Part shown: piece after piece, positions 35,049 to 40,360 of the stretch
How the letters are laid out: each line of letters starts with the position of its first letter
Position numbering within the stretch: the first letter of the stretch is position 1
DNA from: Nemertoderma westbladi
Taxonomy: Eukaryota > Animalia > Xenacoelomorpha
Length of the DNA stretch: 40,360 nt
Direction of reading: 5' to 3'
Assembly (NCBI GenBank): GCA_032718475.1
Contig: JAUCBJ010006860.1
Coordinates: 1 to 40,360 of the forward strand
Translations under genes and position numbers: made by a program
Notes under the pieces: model-generated
What the model was told of the DNA's origin: nothing
What the model saw: the letters and a program-made list of their open reading frames with translations, nothing else
The model's database searches: none

Positions 35049-36252
35049 TGTAAAAGCTTTTGTGGGATAACTGATTCGTTTGCCTTGTTGGCCAGTTCCC
35101 CCCCGGTCGCTAGAATACTCTAAAGGGGATCTATAGCTAAAATAGTGCAAGCTACCAGCTTATTGGCTGATTTGCTGTACGCAGGTATCTGGGCTCTGTT
35201 TAATCGGCCAACCAGCCTAGGAAGGTTGCGTCATAGCCTTGTTTTTGTATCTCCCAATAGAATTTGAGTTAGCCTTGATTTTGACCTATCACAGAGCTAC
35301 TGAACTGAAATTTTCCTATCTCACTGCTCTTTCTCTGTGTTGAACGGGAGCTTCGTGGAATAAGGGTAGTTGGTATCCTCGTATAGAGTAGTAGTCACGA
35401 GTTTTTCAAAGCCACGAAAGAACGGCTTTGTAGTGTTTTGTGCTTTCTGCTTTTTAGCTCCAACACTAGTAGGTTTAATTATAAGGACATATATCCTTTA
35501 ACTGGCGGCTTGAATATCACACGGCTTTTAATAACTGACGTATAACTGCTGAAACTGCTAAAATTACCTGCTCAATCGATACTGTATACTGCTATTTGTT
35601 GTCGGTTATTCATTATATTTGTTGATGAATTATTATATTGGAATAACGAGAAATAACCCCGAAAACCCAATATTCTTGATATACCGAAGGTAAGAGAGAA
35701 AGGTTACCAATAACGATTGTGACTTATGTTAAAGTGGTTTGAAGTGAATCTAATGTTATTTGATAGACCCTACATGAGTCAGTCTGTGTTCCTTTTATAT
35801 GTGACTAAAATCAGTGAAGATTGGCAGATTAGTGTGCAGTATTGTGCAGCATTGTGTATGAGTGAGTCTGTTAAAGAAGCAATTCCTAAAGAATGCGCCA
35901 TATATGTGAATTATAATTAAGCCATATCGTTGTGAGTAGTTTAAGTCATAACTCTGTTTATATAAATAAAGCGCCACGTCCTAAAGGAACTGTTAATATT
36001 CCCTAAGGTGAATAATATTGTCAGAGATTATATAATACTGTCAGTCGAATAATACATTAGGCTTACATAGCAATAAAATTAAGCCGTCGAACCCAATCTC
36101 CCGGGAATATCCAGCGGGTGAATGATCGCGCACAGATTGGTTTCGACTAGTGTAGTGAATCAAATACTTGTCATAGGCTAAAAAGCGATTTAATATCTAG
36201 AAGACATCTTAATTTGGCGGGTTAAACTGCCAAAGGTCTGAAAGCGCGAACA
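35049..36252 (+). repeat. 5' LTR of copy B (1204 bp)
   Basis: TGTAAAAGCTTTTG...AAAGCGCGAACA, the same termini as the copy A LTRs. Confidence 0.92.
35490..35501 (+). other. Candidate self-primer motif of copy B (TATATCCTTTAA)
   Basis: Exact reverse complement of 36253-36264. Confidence 0.65.
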
Positions 36253-36264
36253 TTAAAGGATATA
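36253..36264 (+). promoter_or_regulatory. Non-tRNA primer-binding site candidate of copy B (TTAAAGGATATA)
   Basis: Abuts the LTR end, has no TGG, and can pair with 35490-35501. Confidence 0.7.
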
Positions 36265-36624
36265 GCTTCTTTATTGCAGTAAGCAATAAAGTTGAAAATA
36301 CCGGTCAACCGGTAAACTTGAACCGGTACTTCTGTAGGTCAGTAGGCCCAACTGCAAGAACCGGTACTGCTGTAGGCCCGTAGGTCCAACTGCCAGAGCC
36401 GGTACTTCTGTAGGTCCGTAGGCCTAACTGTCCTAACCGGTACTTCCCGTATAAGTACATTAGTATTATTCGATTTGATTGTTGTATACCGGTAGGTCTT
36501 AATACTTAATCAGGGAACGGCCGCCCTGGTTTTTTATTGAGATTTTACTTATTTCTGTCAAGTTTTATTTGTTTGTAGGCCAGTATTGAACAGAAGACGT
36601 GTAAGCCTGATCAGATTGTACAGA

Positions 36625-37190
36625 CAATTTGTAGGCTGAGCTGTTGTCTGATTGCTGTTAAGTCTGAACGGATTGCAGTGTGTGTAGATCACCTGTCCGA
36701 TAAAGAACGGTTAGGAAGTAGGGGCAGCGAACGCTGTAAGGTAAACCCCCAATTAAAGAATAAGTCGTACTACTGGGTTAGAACGCATACTACCTAATTA
36801 TTTCGGAGTCTGCATGTCCTGTAGTTTATTTAGGCTTGAGAGTAGTCTGTCATCGTTTAGTCTGTACTTTGTTTGTGTAAGTCTGTACGGGTAGTGTATA
36901 ATTTTATTTAGATAATTTGTAGGCTGGATAGTTGTCTGGCTGTTGATAGGTCTGAACGGATTGCAACGTGTGTAGATCACTTGTCCGATAAAGAACGGTT
37001 AGGAAGTAGGGGCAGCGAATGCTGTAAGGTAAACCCCCAACTAAAGAATAAGTCGTACTACTGGGTTAGAACGCATACTACCTAATTATTTCGGAGTCTG
37101 CATATACCGTAGTTTGTTTAGGCTTGATAGTAGTCTGTCAGTGTTCGGTCTGCATTTTGTTTGAGTAGTTTGTACGCGTAGCGTAATATT
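36625..37190. repeat. Two tandem direct repeats of about 289 bp in the leader of copy B
   Basis: TTTGTAGGCTG at about 36628 and 36917; equivalent to 20149-20719. Confidence 0.88.
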
Positions 37191-38448
37191 TATTATTCAG
37201 AGTTTATGCGATTATCCGCAACATTCATTCCCCAAGTTTGTTCCTACAGTAATTGTGTTTGTTATACATACCGCTATAGTTAAATTAACCCCGGTACTAC
37301 ACGGGCTGCTTGGTGTAGGTAAAGACTGGTGATTTTGTGCATCGGTCACTCCAGCAGATGCCGTGGTTCTTTTAGCTGTTCAAGTATATCTAACTACTGA
37401 TTATCTGTTGTACAAGTGCTCGTACCTAATTTAGGGTTTGGTGTACAGTGCTTTCCGAAAGTAATTAGTGTAGGCATTATATTTGTGTTGTAAGGTGGTT
37501 GATAGGCACGTTCGATTAGCTCTATTAACTTCTAGGTGGGAACACTCCGTGATACATAACGTAGTACCTGTAGCGATACGGCTATAGGTCGTCAGGCGGT
37601 GGTATTTTCCTATCTGGACAATGCAGTGTACTTACTACTACTTATTATTTCAAATACCGTAGTACCCTGTCCGTTGTAATAACCAGATTCTAACCCTTTG
37701 TTAGAATGGTTTGTAGACTTCTTGTAAAAATACCCTAAAAATTTCGTATTTTGTGTTTTTGTAAATTTTTGTGTTTATTTAGAGATTGTAATCTCAACCC
37801 GAATTGTACGTAATTTGTAGTATTAAGTAACTTAGGTAAATTAGAATTATTTGTTTTAGTGTCCTAGAAGTAACACTTCACTGAAAGCGCACCGCTTTGT
37901 GTAGTGATTACTCCCCAGAAATAACAACATTTATTTCAAACATTGACTAAACCCATTAAAACGGGTATATATATATATTATAAATCAAATCTAACGATTT
38001 ATAAATAGTAGGCCTACCATATAACAATTAGGTCTCAATATCAGTTGGACTACTGCTTAACTAACGGCAATAAAGTAAGTTAAAGTAACCAAGTAACCCT
38101 AAAATTCAGAAATTCAATTATTTAAAATAATTGATATACCGGTATTTACGATAGGCCTATTATCTTATTTCTATAAATTTAGGCTGAAATTATACCGGTG
38201 CTTGTAATTAATTCTAGTCCAGAATTATATATACTACAAACTGTAAGCTGTATACCGGTATTCCCGATAGGCCTATTATATATTTATATATATTTGTGCT
38301 AAAATTATACCGGTATTCTGTGATAAACTTAGTCTACTACACTGAGTAGCAGTATCGGTAATTAATTACTAGGCTAGCAGTTAATACTGAGTTACTAGAC
38401 TTGCTCAGACTGTAATACAGCAGTAGACATTCAACGGTATACATAGAC

Positions 38449-40360
38449 ATGTCTGATACTAAGCAGAACCTGTCAGACAGTTTATTAGATGTAACTATCT
38501 GCGACTCAGATAGAGACGTAGAACCGTCTGGTCGTAGGTTCAGTTCACCTCCCACTGTGAGGAAGGTCATCCCTCCAGTAGTAGTAAAAGAACCTAGGCT
38601 GGTCCAACATCGTAGGTCTATCATAGGCACTCGAGCTCAGGTCAAGCGGGATCAAGAAGCAGCGGAACAGCAACAACCCGCGAGCCAAGAACTTATTTCT
38701 CAGCGGCCCGACAACTCCAGTAGTGAAGATACGGTAGAACTGACACCCGAACGCGGAGCAAGGATGACGGATGAGGCTTATTCAGATCCCCTTCTCATCC
38801 TTCCTGCAGCCGTACTCACTAGGTTATTGATCGCTGTGGAAGAACACCAGATCGATTGGGCGAGAAGCCAGCGTTCAACTAGAGATAGTTATGCTGGATA
38901 CACAAGAGAAGAACTGAAGTCCATGGTCGAGTCGCAATGGAACTTCCCCGGACCCGGACTCCCGTTTGATTTATCCGAAGCTGCCTGGGAGGACATACAC
39001 CGGATGGGAGTAGCCAAGGAAACCATTGATCCAGCTGTGTGGAAGAGGTCCGCAGCCGGATACGCACAGGGATTCTTCAGCTCTATGGAGCGAGTAGAAA
39101 AGCAACTTTTACAACAACCTCAAGGACCTCAAGAGCAGGGACAGCTGCTTTATCAAGTAAGAGAAAGAATTCTACGAATCAGGTTAATATTATCGGCCTT
39201 TGAGGAGGCTTCTAAACGAAGACAAGACACGTCGTTGCAAGTTGCCGTAAAGACTTGGTTTCAACGGGTGAGTCGCCAAGTTCAAGGAACAGCTCAGTGG
39301 AAAGCTCAGCTGGAGGAGCGCTCAACCCAAGGAGAATCAACAGACGCTACTTTTTCCCAAGTGAAAAGTGGGGCGACGGCAGAGAAGCCGCATAAGAGAG
39401 ATGCCATTGACATCTATCTGTCGGACTATCAACGTTTTTTAGGTGATGACGAATTGAGAAGACGGTTAGATGGACTTAGCCCTAATAGCGAAGGAACCAA
39501 GCTTGTGTTGGATGCCATCGATGTGGAAATGAGGGCTGCGAACCAGGCTAAATTCGATGAACAACTCCGCATCGCTAGAGAACAAGAAGAACAAGTAAGG
39601 AAAAAACGTATAGAAGACAGAAAGGCCGCAGCAAAAGCAGAGGCAGAGGCAAAAGCGGCAGCAGCAGAAGCAGCGGCAGAGGCAAAAGCGGCAGCGGCAG
39701 AGGCAAAAGCGGCAGCAGCAGAAGCAGCGGCAGAGGCAAAAGCGGCAGCGGCAGAGGCAAAAGCGGCAGCGGTGGCGGAAGCAGAATGGAGAGCGGCTGA
39801 AGAGATCGCCCAACTGGAGTTGGAAAATCTTCAAGAGAAGCAAGACGACTTCAGTAAACAGTTAACAGCTAGTAATATGCAGATGATGAATCGATCTACT
39901 CCCAAAAGACAGGGATATACATCATCTGAAGAAGGCGATACCACCGATACTGAAGGCAAAGGAAATAGATTTCGTCTAAGCAGACGTAAAAGAACATTCC
40001 ACCGTCAGAAATTGCCTGATTTGCCTCCAGCTGTTAGAAGGCAACTAAATAACACTAACTTAGGTAGTACAGAGCCCACAGACCAAATAATTAAAATAGA
40101 AAGACTCCCTACTATAGTAGATGAGCCTGAAATAATTAGGCCTGTTCTTGAAATCACCCATTCGGTGATAGACACACCTGTGCTCCCTGAAGCCACCTCT
40201 AAATTCCCTCTACATAGCACTAAGCTACCTGTGCCCAGTAGAACTGCCCAGGAGACAGTTCAGGTCCTGGACCCCGAGCGAAATATTCCAGATTTGTCGC
40301 CCGTTGTCCCTCGTCCGCCCGCTACAACGTTGGCGACTCCCGCTTCGGCGGTCGAATGGG
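38449..40360 (+). CDS. BEL/Pao gag(-pol) of copy B, N-terminal part, open to the window end
   Basis: MSDTKQNLSDSLLD..., homologous to copy A from 18565. No stop seen; absent from the ORF track, consistent with running off the window. Confidence 0.9.
   Translation, partial: MSDTKQNLSDSLLDVTICDSDRDVEPSGRRFSSPPTVRKVIPPVVVKEPRLVQHRRSIIGTRAQVKRDQEAAEQQQPASQELISQRPDNSSSEDTVELTPERGARMTDEAYSDPLLILPAAVLTRLLIAVEEHQIDWARSQRSTRDSYAGYTREELKSMVESQWNFPGPGLPFDLSEAAWEDIHRMGVAKETIDPAVWKRSAAGYAQGFFSSMERVEKQLLQQPQGPQEQGQLLYQVRERILRIRLILSAFEEASKRRQDTSLQVAVKTWFQRVSRQVQGTAQWKAQLEERSTQGESTDATFSQVKSGATAEKPHKRDAIDIYLSDYQRFLGDDELRRRLDGLSPNSEGTKLVLDAIDVEMRAANQAKFDEQLRIAREQEEQVRKKRIEDRKAAAKAEAEAKAAAAEAAAEAKAAAAEAKAAAAEAAAEAKAAAAEAKAAAVAEAEWRAAEEIAQLELENLQEKQDDFSKQLTASNMQMMNRSTPKRQGYTSSEEGDTTDTEGKGNRFRLSRRKRTFHRQKLPDLPPAVRRQLNNTNLGSTEPTDQIIKIERLPTIVDEPEIIRPVLEITHSVIDTPVLPEATSKFPLHSTKLPVPSRTAQETVQVLDPERNIPDLSPVVPRPPATTLATPASAVEW

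Larger units (their letters stand above)
35049..40360 (+). mobile_element. BEL/Pao retrotransposon copy B (related subfamily), runs off the window
   Basis: LTR, leader and gag are colinear with the reverse complement of 22200-16590. The left flank CCCAA is the predicted TSD. Confidence 0.95.

Overview
Eukaryotic (invertebrate-like) DNA that is mostly a nest of transposable elements around one host gene, a two-exon acyl-CoA oxidase-family gene on the minus strand (30378-26962). A complete 21.4-kb BEL/Pao LTR retrotransposon (752-22200, minus strand, 1202-bp LTRs, TGTAT target-site duplication) splits a Merlin/IS1595-type transposase. It contains a LINE with an intact ORF2, a hAT-type MITE carrying a SINE, and a decayed extra ORF. 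Two related BEL copies are cut by the window edges: an LTR at 1-562, and an element from 35049 inserted in a Ty3/gypsy gag. Also present are MITEs, SINEs, LINE relics and a 32-bp satellite. Main finding: both BEL copies with a visible LTR/leader junction lack a tRNA primer-binding site. Instead, the 10-12 nt directly after the 5' LTR are the exact reverse complement of a motif about 440 nt inside the same LTR, and the two partners change together at three positions between copies. This is the signature of Tf1-like self-primed reverse transcription, which I know only from Ty3/gypsy elements and not from BEL/Pao. All comparisons were made by eye; no database searches were run.
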